A stretch of 64,000 nt of DNA, from NCBI GenBank assembly GCA_040758355.1, contig JBFLWF010000001.1:160001-224000 (forward strand), written 5' to 3'. The stretch comes from Nitrospirota bacterium (lineage in GTDB: Bacteria > Nitrospirota > Thermodesulfovibrionia > Thermodesulfovibrionales > Dissulfurispiraceae). Of the stretch, positions 1 through 9,578 are shown one piece after another. Under the pieces are notes generated by a model. That model had not been told where the DNA came from, did not search any database, and worked only from the letters and a program-made list of their open reading frames with translations. A program made the position numbers and the translations under genes. Position 1 is the stretch's first letter. Every line of letters begins with the position of its first letter.

Positions 1-2081
1 TCGATTGTCTGTTGGAGTTCTTTTATCTCTCTTTTCCTTTTCAGGATATCCTTCCCGTGTCCTGCAAACAACCACCCGTCGCTGGTTATAATCTCCCCAT
101 CGAGGGTAACGAGATGAACGGGATGGGTGAATGGGCGAATGGGCGAATGGGTGAAAAGGATTCCCATAGCAGTTTGTAAGTCTTTTACTATATAGGTAGT
201 GTCTGTTATGCCAAATACCTTTTCCTTGACTTCGTTATCCTCGAATGTTGCAAAGTCTGATGCCTTGCCAATAATGTTGTCATGAGTAATATTTGCTGTC
301 GTCTGTCCTTTGTCCTCTGTCGTCTGACTTCTGTCGTCTGTCCTCTGTCCTCTGTATAATATGGCTGTCCTTCCAAGATTCTTCTCTTTGACAATATCTA
401 TTACCGAGATGGCGTCTTCGATATTATCTATTATCAGGGCATTGATTTTTTCTGAAAGGGCAGCCTCGATGGCCATTTCATAATCCTTATTTGCATTAAT
501 GATATCGGACAGGACCCTGTATCCACGTCCTTCGGATACGAAGTCCGCGATGGATCTGTCCACGATTAATTCCTTTAATGAATTAAGCCTGGATATATTG
601 GAGGCAAGGTCTTCTCTCTCTTGAGAAAGGAGCGTTTTTTTGCTTTCAATATCATCCTTTAACTGCGCTATCTCTGAGGTTATTGCGTCTTTTTCGGATT
701 TAAGCCTCAGGATATCGTCTGTTTTTATCTTTATGGATTCCTCGGCTTCTCTAATGGCCTTTTCCAGTTCGTCCATACCTGCTTTTATAGTCTCTATATC
801 CTTGAGGGCAACCGATTCCCGGTATTTCATGTTCTCAAGGGAAGACTGGAGCTTGTGGAACTCATTCTTTCTATTGCTGAGATTTTCGGATGCCTTGAAG
901 ATCTCTTTTCTTTGATTTTCAATCTCGGATTCCTTGTCTGTAATCTTAGTCTCGATGTCCGCTATCCAGTCCTTCTTTTCGTTCAACTCCATGGATATGT
1001 TTTCTATGCTGGACAGCAGTGCGTTTTCTGTGTCGTCGAGTTCTGAAATCTTTCCTGAGAGTTCTTCTTTTTTATTCTTTATTTCTTCCTGCTGATTGGT
1101 AAGCCTGATGATATCCTCTTTTTTATTTTCGATGTTTGTTTTTAGCACCGCTATGTGTTTTTCGGAGTCCGATATAGACCGTTCTTTCTCGTGCAGGTTG
1201 TTTTCGAGTTCTGTCAGGGCCTTCTCTCTTTCTGCAAGCTCAAGGCGTTTGGTTTCTATGAGGTTTTCTAAGATGGAGAGTTCGCTCCTCTGAGAGGCAT
1301 CTATTTCCCTCAGTTTTTCGATCTCTGATAATATCTCGCTCAGAACCGTGCCGAGCCTTGTGTACTCTCTCTTTGCCGTTCTTAGTTCCACCTCTTTCAG
1401 CTCGCCTATCAATCTCTTGTATCGCTCGGCCTTTTTTACCTGCCTGTCGAGGCTGTTTATCTGGCGTTTTACTTCATATACAATGTCGTTTATCCTCTGT
1501 AAGTTCTGTTTTGATGATTCGAGCTTTGAAAGGGCCTCTGCCTTTCTGACCTTGTATTTCATTACCCCGGCTACCTCTTCTATAAGGAACCGCCTTTCAT
1601 GGGGCTTGGTATTGATGATCTCTCCTATCCTGCCCTGGTCGAGTATGGAGTAGCTTTTTACATCGAGCCCTGTGTCGAGGAATATATCCTTTATATCTTT
1701 AAGCCTGCACTGTTTCTTGTTTAATAGGTATTCGCTTTCACCGGACCTGTACAGTCTTCTGGCAACATAAATTTCATTAGCGTCTTCATCGGGTGAGCCG
1801 TTACCGTTTTTAGCATCGCTTTTCTGTGAGATAATCAACGTAACCTCGGCCATTCCCTTCTGCTTCTTTGTGGCTGACCCCTGGAATATTACCTCTTCCA
1901 TTTTTTCGCCGCGCAGGCTCTTTGCGCTCTGCTCCCCGAGCACCCACCTGAAGGCATCTACCACGTTGCTCTTCCCGCAGCCATTGGGGCCTACGATGCA
2001 GGTAATGCCGCTGTGGAGGGGGAACGGTGTCTTGTCAGCAAAGGATTTGAACCCGATAAGCTCGATCTGTTTGATTTTCAT
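1..2081 (-). CDS. smc: Chromosome segregation protein SMC, 5' part; runs off the window start
   Basis: Starts MKIKQIELIGFKSFADKT with a GPNGCGKSN P-loop. I translated the hinge region by hand (..KNLGRTAI..HLVTLDGEII..) and it is open. Probably absent from the ORF track because no stop lies in the window. Confidence 0.95.
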   Translation of the reverse strand, partial: MKIKQIELIGFKSFADKTPFPLHSGITCIVGPNGCGKSNVVDAFRWVLGEQSAKSLRGEKMEEVIFQGSATKKQKGMAEVTLIISQKSDAKNGNGSPDEDANEIYVARRLYRSGESEYLLNKKQCRLKDIKDIFLDTGLDVKSYSILDQGRIGEIINTKPHERRFLIEEVAGVMKYKVRKAEALSKLESSKQNLQRINDIVYEVKRQINSLDRQVKKAERYKRLIGELKEVELRTAKREYTRLGTVLSEILSEIEKLREIDASQRSELSILENLIETKRLELAEREKALTELENNLHEKERSISDSEKHIAVLKTNIENKKEDIIRLTNQQEEIKNKKEELSGKISELDDTENALLSSIENISMELNEKKDWIADIETKITDKESEIENQRKEIFKASENLSNRKNEFHKLQSSLENMKYRESVALKDIETIKAGMDELEKAIREAEESIKIKTDDILRLKSEKDAITSEIAQLKDDIESKKTLLSQEREDLASNISRLNSLKELIVDRSIADFVSEGRGYRVLSDIINANKDYEMAIEAALSEKINALIIDNIEDAISVIDIVKEKNLGRTAILYRGQRTDDRSQTTEDKGQTTANITHDNIIGKASDFATFEDNEVKEKVFGITDTTYIVKDLQTAMGILFTHSPIRPFTHPVHLVTLDGEIITSDGWLFAGHGKDILKRKREIKELQQTI
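122..155. repeat. 8-bp tandem array (GAATGGG[C/T]) in frame in the smc hinge
   Basis: gatgggt gaatgggc gaatgggc gaatgggt gaa; encodes FTHSPIRPFTHP. Confidence 0.9.
296..355. repeat. 7-bp tandem array (CTGTCCT-like) in frame in the smc hinge
   Basis: About 8 degenerate units; encodes RGQRTDDRSQTTEDKGQTT. Confidence 0.9.
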
Positions 2082-2159
2082 AATGCCCTTCATTTTACGC
2101 AGTAGACACCAAAACGGTCAAGTTAAAGTTTAAAATAAAGCTAATATAATAATAAATTT

Positions 2160-2196
2160 TTTTTATTTGACGATTCCTGTATTTCTATATTAGCCT
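2160..2196 (+). promoter_or_regulatory. Putative sigma70 promoter of dsrAB, motif shared with the dsrC upstream region
   Basis: TTTTATTTGAC-N12-TCTATATTA; TTGACG at 2167, TAGCCT 18 nt later. Confidence 0.5.
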
Positions 2197-2253
2197 GTAA
2201 TGCCTTTTTGGTGAATTCTTAAGCCTTTAAAATCAAATAAAGAGGAGGATTTT

Positions 2254-3438
2254 ATGCCAAAGAAGTATGAGACTCCCCTGTTGGACGAGCTGGAAAAAGG
2301 CCCATTCCCAAGCTTCGTAACAGAGATCAAGAAAGCAGCAGCAAAGAGCGACATGGCTGCCGACGAGCTTGGGCAGCTCGAAAAGTCCTATAGGGACAAG
2401 CGCGGTTACTGGAAGCACGGCGGCATCGTTGGTGTCAGGGGGTACGGAGGCGGTGTTATCGGAAGGTATTCATCCCTTCCCGAGGAATTCCCCGATGTTG
2501 CAAACTTCCATACCGTCAGAATTAACTCCATTGCAGGATTTTTCTACACATCCAAATTCCTGAATGAGATGTGCGACATATGGGACAAGTATGGAAGCGG
2601 TCTCACAAACCTCCATGGTTCTACCGGAGACCTTGTTCTCCTCGGAACAAACACAGAAAACCTCGAACCTATCTTCGCCGAATTCTCATCCCGCGGATGG
2701 GACCTCGGAGGCTCCGGTTCTGCTTTGAGGACACCGAGCTGCTGCGTCGGTCCAGCAAGGTGCGAGTGGTCAAACATCGATACCCTCGACATTACATACA
2801 GTATTACACAGGAGTGGCAGGACGAAATGCACAGGCCTGCATTCCCTTATAAATTCAAATTCAAGACAGCAGGATGCGCAGTTGACTGCATTGCATCAAT
2901 TGCCCGTGCAGACTGCTCTATTATCGGCACATGGAAAGGCAATATAGCAGTTGATCAGGCCGAGGTTGCCAACTATTCAAAGAAGGGCATGAATATCAAG
3001 GAAGAGATAGTGGATATGTGCCCCAGCAAGTGCATGAGCTATGACGGTAAAGAACTGAAGATAAACGATGCAGACTGCGTAAGGTGCATGCACTGTATTG
3101 CAAAGATGACAAAGGCATTAAAGCCGACCGGTGAGAAGGGTGCAACAATCCTCATCGGCAGCAAGGCGCCGTTCGTTATCGGTGCAACACTCTCATGGGT
3201 AATCGTTCCATTCATAAAGATGGAGCCGCCATATGATGAGTTCAAAGACCTTATCAGGAAGATGTGGGAGTTCTGGGATGAGCACGGAAAGAACAGGGAA
3301 AGGATTGGCGAGCTTATCATCAGAAAGGGCATGAGGGAGTTCCTCGAGTTCATCGGCGTTGAGCCCCAGGCTCAGCAGGTTAAAGAGCCGAGAAGAGACC
3401 CATTCTTCTTCTGGACAGAAGCAGATTTGCAGAAATAA
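2254..3438 (+). CDS. dsrA: Dissimilatory sulfite reductase alpha subunit
   Basis: TPLLDELEKGPFPSFV, WKHGGIVGVRGYGGGVIGRY, siroheme/FeS cysteines, YKFKFK. Confidence 0.98.
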   Translation: MPKKYETPLLDELEKGPFPSFVTEIKKAAAKSDMAADELGQLEKSYRDKRGYWKHGGIVGVRGYGGGVIGRYSSLPEEFPDVANFHTVRINSIAGFFYTSKFLNEMCDIWDKYGSGLTNLHGSTGDLVLLGTNTENLEPIFAEFSSRGWDLGGSGSALRTPSCCVGPARCEWSNIDTLDITYSITQEWQDEMHRPAFPYKFKFKTAGCAVDCIASIARADCSIIGTWKGNIAVDQAEVANYSKKGMNIKEEIVDMCPSKCMSYDGKELKINDADCVRCMHCIAKMTKALKPTGEKGATILIGSKAPFVIGATLSWVIVPFIKMEPPYDEFKDLIRKMWEFWDEHGKNRERIGELIIRKGMREFLEFIGVEPQAQQVKEPRRDPFFFWTEADLQK

Positions 3439-3472
3439 ACATTAAAAAAATTTAAATATAAGGAGGAAAGTT

Positions 3473-4543
3473 ATGGCATTACCACAGAGAAGAACAGATA
3501 TAGGCCCGCCTCATTATAAGGATTTTTTACCTCCGGTAATCCAGAAAAACTATGGAGACTGGAAGTATCACGAAGTTGTCAATGCCGGTGTTATGGTCCA
3601 TGTTGCAAACAGCGGCGATAAGATCTGGTCTGTGCGAGTAGCATCCCCAAGGCTTCTCAGCACAGATACCATAAGGGATATGGCTGCCATTGCCGAAAAA
3701 TACTGTGGAGGCTATATCAGATTTACAACAAGAAACAATGTGGAGTTCCTTATATCTGACGAGAAGAACCTTGAGCCGTTACAGAAAGAGCTTAGAGACA
3801 AAAAATACATGATGGGCGGTATCGGAAACAGGATAAGCAACATCGTCCATACACAGGGATGGATACACTGCCATTCCGCAGCATCCGATGCATCGGGTCT
3901 TGTCAAGGTATTAATGGATGAATTTGCCGACTACTTCACAACAAAGGAAACCCCTAACAAGGTGAGGATGGCAGTTGCATGCTGCGTAAACATGTGCGGT
4001 GCCGTTCACTGCTCTGATATAGCTGTTGTTGCTATCCACAGAAAAGTGCCGACCATCGATCATGATAAGGTAAAGAATATGTGCGAGGTGCCATCAACAA
4101 TTGCTGCCTGCCCGACAGGCGCAATAAGCCCCGAACCTTCGAAGAAAAGCGTGAAGATCAATGCAGACAAATGCATGTACTGCGGCAACTGCTTTACAGT
4201 ATGTCCTCCTATCGAAATTCATGACCCGGAGTTTGACGGCGTAGCAATCGTGGTAGGCGGCAAAGTAGGAAACCTCAGGAGCAATCCCAAGTTCTCCAAG
4301 CTTGCTATTCCTTTTATCAAGAATAATCCTCCGAGGTGGCCTGAAGTTACTGCAGCAGTGAGGAAGATCCTCGATGCCTATGTTGCCGATGCAAAGAAGC
4401 ATGAGAGGGTCGGCGAATGGATAGAAAGAATAGGCTGGGAGAAGTTCTTCAAGGTTACAGGATTGCCATTCACATTCCAGCATATCGATGACTTCGTAAT
4501 TGCAAGGGAGACATTCAGAACAGCAGCAACATTTAAGTGGTAA
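3473..4543 (+). CDS. dsrB: Dissimilatory sulfite reductase beta subunit
   Basis: [37 protein letters not shown]. Confidence 0.98.
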   Translation: MALPQRRTDIGPPHYKDFLPPVIQKNYGDWKYHEVVNAGVMVHVANSGDKIWSVRVASPRLLSTDTIRDMAAIAEKYCGGYIRFTTRNNVEFLISDEKNLEPLQKELRDKKYMMGGIGNRISNIVHTQGWIHCHSAASDASGLVKVLMDEFADYFTTKETPNKVRMAVACCVNMCGAVHCSDIAVVAIHRKVPTIDHDKVKNMCEVPSTIAACPTGAISPEPSKKSVKINADKCMYCGNCFTVCPPIEIHDPEFDGVAIVVGGKVGNLRSNPKFSKLAIPFIKNNPPRWPEVTAAVRKILDAYVADAKKHERVGEWIERIGWEKFFKVTGLPFTFQHIDDFVIARETFRTAATFKW

Positions 4544-4563
4544 GTGTTATACGATAGAGATGC

Positions 4564-4592
4564 CAGCAGGAGGCATGCATGCTTCCTGCTGG
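4564..4592 (+). other. Intergenic hairpin between dsrB and dsrD
   Basis: ccagcaggaggcatgcatgcttcctgctgg, near-perfect inverted repeat without a U-tract. Confidence 0.6.
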
Positions 4593-4632
4593 AAAATATT
4601 AACCGCTAAACTGCTAAAGAGAGGGGTGCGAG

Positions 4633-4848
4633 ATGGAAAAGGAAGAAGTAAAGAAAAAGATTTATGAGTTGGTGGAAAAGTCCACGGGCAAGAAAAAGCT
4701 CAAATCAAGCGACATCCAGAAGACCGTTTCAGCAGAGGCCGGTATCTCGAGGGATGAAGTCAAGGATGCATTGAAGGATCTCATTGACGAAGGCAGGCTT
4801 ATCTATACATACTTTGGCGGTAGCTTTGTAGAGATCCCCCCAAAATAA
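4633..4848 (+). CDS. dsrD: DsrD
   Basis: 71 aa Lys-rich winged-helix-like protein directly after dsrB; LIDEGRLIYTYFGGS. Confidence 0.85.
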   Translation: MEKEEVKKKIYELVEKSTGKKKLKSSDIQKTVSAEAGISRDEVKDALKDLIDEGRLIYTYFGGSFVEIPPK

Positions 4849-4881
4849 ACAGACTTTAAATTTAAATATATTTGTCTTAGA

Positions 4882-4920
4882 CAAGGCAGTCCACCGAAAA
4901 AGCGGCAGACTGCCTTTTTT
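4882..4920 (+). terminator. Probable intrinsic terminator after dsrABD
   Basis: aaggcagtc...gactgcctt followed by a T-run. Confidence 0.65.
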
Positions 4921-4972
4921 GTTTTCATGGATCTCTGTTGTAACAAGCAGAAACAAAATCCGGTATAATTAA

Positions 4973-5566
4973 ATGGATAGTGAGATTAAAATGCAGCCTT
5001 TAAATATTGTAAATACGGCATTAAGAACAAAGCTGATAGTAGCAATTATATTGCTTCTGGTACTTATAGCATCATCGAGTGTTGTATTTTTCTATTACTA
5101 CACCGACAGCGAACTCGGAAAAACCTATGCCCAGAAGGTATTCATGCTTCCCCAATTTAAGGCAATAATCATAAGTAACAGCCTGTATATCTACGCCTTA
5201 TTTGCACTCGTCGCAACCTTAGGAATAGCTGCAATCGTCATTCTGCACACGCATCGGGTTGTAGGTCCGCTTATAAGAATGGAGAGGCTTATGGAGAAGA
5301 TGTCGATGGGTGATTTTGAAGAGGCAGTGAGGTTTAGAAAAATGGATGCAGTTCATCCCCTTGCCGATGCACTGCAAAATGTAGAAATAAAGTATAAGGA
5401 GAGATATTCTGTTATAAGGGAGTCGATACACGCGATGCATAAAGATTCGATCGAGATGTACGAGTTTCTTCAGAATGGCGATATCGAGGCTGCAGAAAAC
5501 AAAAGGCATTATATTAGGAAAAAGGCCGAAGATATAAGCAAGCTCCTTTCCGGGATCAAGTTATGA
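4973..5566 (+). CDS. Membrane protein with 2 TM, HAMP domain and coiled coil; no output domain (start may be 4991)
   Basis: Two hydrophobic segments, THRVVGPLIRMERLMEKMSMGDF..RKMD HAMP-like signature. Confidence 0.75.
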   Translation: MDSEIKMQPLNIVNTALRTKLIVAIILLLVLIASSSVVFFYYYTDSELGKTYAQKVFMLPQFKAIIISNSLYIYALFALVATLGIAAIVILHTHRVVGPLIRMERLMEKMSMGDFEEAVRFRKMDAVHPLADALQNVEIKYKERYSVIRESIHAMHKDSIEMYEFLQNGDIEAAENKRHYIRKKAEDISKLLSGIKL

Positions 5567-6333
5567 AGGTATTTTTAGTTTTGGCATTTATATTCATTTT
5601 ATTCATTATCATTGTGTATGCTGCTATTCAATCCATTCATTCTTTCTCAGAAAATGAGTGCATGAACTGCCACATTGATCACAAAAAGGATCCAAAATCA
5701 TTGAAGGCCCCTGTTACACTGTTATGCAAAAAATGTCATGAGGACATAACAAGCACGTCATCCCATCCCTCTGATATTTACCCTGTTTCGACCAGGATTC
5801 CTCCGGACCTTCCGCTTCACAACGGTATGGTTACATGCAATACATGCCATAATATTCACAGAGAGAGATTTTTAACATCGGGCGAAAAGACATACTTTCT
5901 CAGAAGAACAAAGCTGGGAAGGGCGTTTTGTGTTTCATGCCATATGGTCAAGCCCGAGGGCCATGTAGAGACGTTAATAGCGGCACATCCGAGCAAAAAA
6001 TATAAAGTAATGGATAAATCAAAAACCATCGATCCTATATCCATGGAATGCATCGGATGTCATGACGGAATACAGGGTAGCAATGTCGAGCACAGGTTAG
6101 GTCCCGGCATATGGAGCCACGAGAGTTATTCTCATCCTATAAGTGTTGATTACAATGTTAGCAGGATGAAAGGGAAGAGATTAAAACATATTTCGATGGT
6201 CGACAGGAGGATAAGGTTTTTTGACGGAAGGATTGGATGCGGTACATGTCATGACCTGTATTCAAAACTGCCTAAAAAACTTGTAATGAGCAATAATAGA
6301 AGCAAGCTTTGTTTTGAATGCCATGATATATAG
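5563..6333 (+). CDS. Multiheme cytochrome c with 7 CxxCH motifs (doubled-CXXCH type) and N-terminal signal/anchor
   Basis: CMNCH, CKKCH, CNTCH, CVSCH, CIGCH, CGTCH, CFECH; SHP motifs. Confidence 0.9.
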   Translation: MKVFLVLAFIFILFIIIVYAAIQSIHSFSENECMNCHIDHKKDPKSLKAPVTLLCKKCHEDITSTSSHPSDIYPVSTRIPPDLPLHNGMVTCNTCHNIHRERFLTSGEKTYFLRRTKLGRAFCVSCHMVKPEGHVETLIAAHPSKKYKVMDKSKTIDPISMECIGCHDGIQGSNVEHRLGPGIWSHESYSHPISVDYNVSRMKGKRLKHISMVDRRIRFFDGRIGCGTCHDLYSKLPKKLVMSNNRSKLCFECHDI

Positions 6334-6354
6334 ATTAAGCAGGGAAGGCATGAA

Positions 6355-6909
6355 ATGAAAAGAAAACAATACATGACTCACAAAAGCTACCAAAGAGGAG
6401 TTGTATTGCGGATTGTCCTGATATGCGCCATAGGTCTACTCATAAATCTCGGCATTTTTAACTTTCTTTCGTATAGAGAGGTCGAATCATTGAGATGGAG
6501 AATGCATATCCCTGTAAATACAATCGGCGATATTATCGGACAATATCTTATATATTCGACTATCCCATCTGTAGCCTTTGTAGCGATAGCACTCTTAATA
6601 TATTTCAGGTATCTAATAAAGAATACCGACCGGATGTTATACGGCTTGAAAAACGATATCGAGAAGGTAGCAGACGGAGACCTTTCGTTTAATGTCTCAT
6701 TAGATAAAAGAGACGATTTTAAGAATATATCCGGCGGTTGCAGCAGGATGATAGGTTCTTTCAGGGATAAGTTCTCGTTATTAAAACTAAAAATGCATGA
6801 CATGAATGGAATATTAGAAAGCCTTGAACATGTAAAGGATAAACAAGCCCTAATCCAAAAGACTCAGCTATTAATAGATACCCTTGAGCATCTTGAGAAG
6901 GAAGTCTGA
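6355..6909 (+). CDS. Membrane protein with 2 TM, HAMP domain and coiled coil; no output domain
   Basis: Two TM segments; LKNDIEKVADGDLSFNVSLDKRDDF. Confidence 0.75.
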   Translation: MKRKQYMTHKSYQRGVVLRIVLICAIGLLINLGIFNFLSYREVESLRWRMHIPVNTIGDIIGQYLIYSTIPSVAFVAIALLIYFRYLIKNTDRMLYGLKNDIEKVADGDLSFNVSLDKRDDFKNISGGCSRMIGSFRDKFSLLKLKMHDMNGILESLEHVKDKQALIQKTQLLIDTLEHLEKEV

Positions 6910-6945
6910 ATAAGCATTCTGTTTTAAGTTATAATAAAAATTGCC

Positions 6946-8385
6946 ATGAAAAACCATCCAAGGCTGGTCATTGCCGGAGTCAGAGGCGGCAGCGGAAAAA
7001 CAACCCTCTCCCTCGGCATAATTGCTGCGTTAAGATCCCGGAAAGGTCTGAAGGTCATTCCATTTAAAAAAGGCCCTGATTTCATAGATGCAGGATGGAT
7101 GTCTGTTGCTGCAAAGAACCCATGCTATAATCTCGACCCTTTTCTTATATCGAAGGAAAAGGTTCTGGAATCCTTCATATCACATTTTACTGGCGACATA
7201 GCAATTATAGAAGGCAACAGGGGATTATATGATGGCATGGATACAGAAGGCTCATACAGCACTGCAGAACTGTCAAAGCTTCTAAAATCCTCTGTCATAC
7301 TGATTGTTGACTGCACAAAGATGACGAGGACAGCAGCAGCCGTGGTATTGGGCTGCATGAATCTCGACAGGGATGTCAACATAAAGGGTGTTGTTTTAAA
7401 TCAGGTGGCAGGCAGCCGTCATGAATCAGTGGTGCGCTCATCCATAGAAAAGCATTGCTCATTGCCTGTGCTCGGTGCGATACCGAGATTGAATTCAGGA
7501 GAGTTCCCCGAGCGCCATATGGGCTTAACACCATACCAGGAGCATCATGACACAGGGAATGCACTTTCATTCGTGGAAGACATAGCAAATAAATATCTTG
7601 ACCTTGACAGGATTTTGAGCATAGCAATGGAAGCAGAACCGATAAATAACAGGCACGAGGCTATAGGCTATAGGCAAAAGGCAAAAACCGAAATGCAGGA
7701 TGTAAGTTCCTCATTGCCCATGGCCCATAGCCTATCGCCTGCCGTAAGGATTGGAGTAATAAGGGACTCTGCTTTCCAGTTTTATTATCCTGAAAATATC
7801 GAAGAGCTTGAAAAAAACGGTGCAGAGATTATTGAGGTAAACGCCCTTGAGGATGATCGCCTGCCTGATATCGATGCCCTTTACATAGGAGGAGGCTTCC
7901 CTGAGACAAATGCCATAAGGCTTGCAGAAAATGAAGACTTCAGGGACTCTGTTCTCAATTCAGCAGAAAAGGGTCTTCCCATTTATGCAGAGTGCGGAGG
8001 ACTTATGTTTTTGGGAGACTCCATTATAGTTGACGGCAGGAAATATCCTATGGTAGGTATTTTCCCAATAACCTTTGAAATGAAGAAAAAACCACAAGCG
8101 CATGGCTACACAATCGTTGAAGTAGAAAAAGAGAACCCATTTTATCCTGTAGGAACAGTGCTGCACGGACATGAGTTTCATTATTCTGCTGTTGCCAGCA
8201 TATCAGAAAACGACAGTGCATTTACAGCCTTTAGAATGAAGAGGGGGCATGGCATAAAGAATAAAATGGACGGGATATGTTATAAGAATGTCTTTGCAAC
8301 TTATACGCATATACATGCCCTCGGTGCGGAAGAATGGGTGAGAGGACTTATAAATAAGGCAAAGGAGTTCAAGAAGGCAAAATGA
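6946..8385 (+). CDS. dsrN: Siroheme amidase DsrN (CbiA/CobB family)
   Basis: GGSGKTT, FKKGPDFID, EGNRGLYDG, ERHMGL, YAECGGLM. It lies in the dsr cluster and a separate cbiA lies in the cob operon. Confidence 0.88.
   Translation: MKNHPRLVIAGVRGGSGKTTLSLGIIAALRSRKGLKVIPFKKGPDFIDAGWMSVAAKNPCYNLDPFLISKEKVLESFISHFTGDIAIIEGNRGLYDGMDTEGSYSTAELSKLLKSSVILIVDCTKMTRTAAAVVLGCMNLDRDVNIKGVVLNQVAGSRHESVVRSSIEKHCSLPVLGAIPRLNSGEFPERHMGLTPYQEHHDTGNALSFVEDIANKYLDLDRILSIAMEAEPINNRHEAIGYRQKAKTEMQDVSSSLPMAHSLSPAVRIGVIRDSAFQFYYPENIEELEKNGAEIIEVNALEDDRLPDIDALYIGGGFPETNAIRLAENEDFRDSVLNSAEKGLPIYAECGGLMFLGDSIIVDGRKYPMVGIFPITFEMKKKPQAHGYTIVEVEKENPFYPVGTVLHGHEFHYSAVASISENDSAFTAFRMKRGHGIKNKMDGICYKNVFATYTHIHALGAEEWVRGLINKAKEFKKAK
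7651..7740. repeat. Inverted pair of 7-bp arrays, (AGGCTAT)n ... (ATAGCCT)n, in frame in the dsrN domain linker
   Basis: aggcacg aggctat aggctat aggcaaa aggcaaa / ttgccc atggccc atagcct atcgcct. Confidence 0.85.
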
Positions 8386-9425
8386 ATAAATATCCGCCTG
8401 AATGTCCGTTTTGCGGACGGCATATTGTTCGTCCCGAGACAACAAGGACCGAATTCGGAGAAGTTTTGAGCGGTAGATGCAACTGTGGTGCGGTCTATGT
8501 GTGCGATCCCACCGGGCATAATGCAGGCGAGGCATACATGGAAGCCATGGCAATGGCAAAGGGGGACTGGGATATAGGCCTGATGGATGAAGATATGGAC
8601 TACCAGACCGAGGATATGGATTACGACTTGAAGAACCATATGAGGCTTTATTCAGCAGGCATGGGCGAGACGCGGGGAAAGCTTATCTTTGTAAAACTCA
8701 AGAGGCCTGATGCACAGCAATCGCAACCTGCGGAGATACCATCGAAAACAGCATCTGTGTCGGAAGATAGAGGTAAAAAAGGCGATCTGAAGGAAAGGAT
8801 TAAGGATGCCCTCAGTGCCCGATCCTACGACGAGATTACAGACATGGCAAGGAGGGATAAAGGCGTGATACGGCGTCTCATATCCCTCGCATACGATAAG
8901 GACGATGTCATGGGCTGGAGGGCCATAGAGGCAATGGGATATGTAGCAGGCGAGTTGTCAAAACAAAGGATCGATATTGTAAGAGATACCATAAGGAGAC
9001 TTCTATGGTCTATGGGAGAGGAGTCCGGCGGCATTGGATGGAGCGCTGCAGAGATGATTGGAGAGATCGTCAGGAGCAATCCCGACCAATTTACCGACAT
9101 TGTTCCAATTGTCTGGTCTTTCCATGAAGAGGAGATGTTCAGGGAAGGAACAGTCTGGGCGATGGGACGGATAGCTTCTGTGAGGCCTGACCTCGTGAAA
9201 TTTATATTAAAGGATATACAGGGCATGTTAACAGACAAAAACCCTGCTGTCAGGGGATATGCCGCATGGGTTATAGGCATCCTAAGAGAGGACGGTTTCT
9301 TGGGAGATATCAATAAACTCACATCCGATAACAGCACCGTGAATTTTTATCAGGAAGGCGAACTGACAAGGAAGACGGTTGCCGAAATAGTTAAAGCAGC
9401 AATGAACAAGATAACTCATAAATAG
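8382..9425 (+). CDS. N-terminal Cys-rich Zn-ribbon-like domain fused to a HEAT-repeat domain (DVU0298-like, from memory)
   Basis: CPFC..CNC..C; IRRLLWSMGEESGGIGW; ATGA overlap with dsrN. Confidence 0.7.
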   Translation: MNKYPPECPFCGRHIVRPETTRTEFGEVLSGRCNCGAVYVCDPTGHNAGEAYMEAMAMAKGDWDIGLMDEDMDYQTEDMDYDLKNHMRLYSAGMGETRGKLIFVKLKRPDAQQSQPAEIPSKTASVSEDRGKKGDLKERIKDALSARSYDEITDMARRDKGVIRRLISLAYDKDDVMGWRAIEAMGYVAGELSKQRIDIVRDTIRRLLWSMGEESGGIGWSAAEMIGEIVRSNPDQFTDIVPIVWSFHEEEMFREGTVWAMGRIASVRPDLVKFILKDIQGMLTDKNPAVRGYAAWVIGILREDGFLGDINKLTSDNSTVNFYQEGELTRKTVAEIVKAAMNKITHK

Positions 9426-9446
9426 AATAAATAAAAATATAATATT

Positions 9447-9483
9447 ATTTTATTTGACCTGACCTTCGGGTCTATATTATTTT
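9447..9483 (+). promoter_or_regulatory. Putative promoter of dsrC, same motif as upstream of dsrA
   Basis: TTTTATTTGAC-N12-TCTATATTA. Confidence 0.5.
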
Positions 9484-9578
9484 CTTACCACTTTTGTTTT
9501 TTTTGATTTTGAATAAAAGCCATCAAAGTAGTATAATTACAGTCTTCAGCAATTAAAACAAAGAAAGGAGGTAGCACA

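Noticed and set aside
206..2133. Small ORFs listed in the first 2 kb
   Set aside because: They are antisense or off-frame shadows of smc, which stays open through both repeat arrays and is not a pseudogene.
6946..8385. Apparent duplicate cbiA
   Set aside because: Explained as DsrN by its dsr context.
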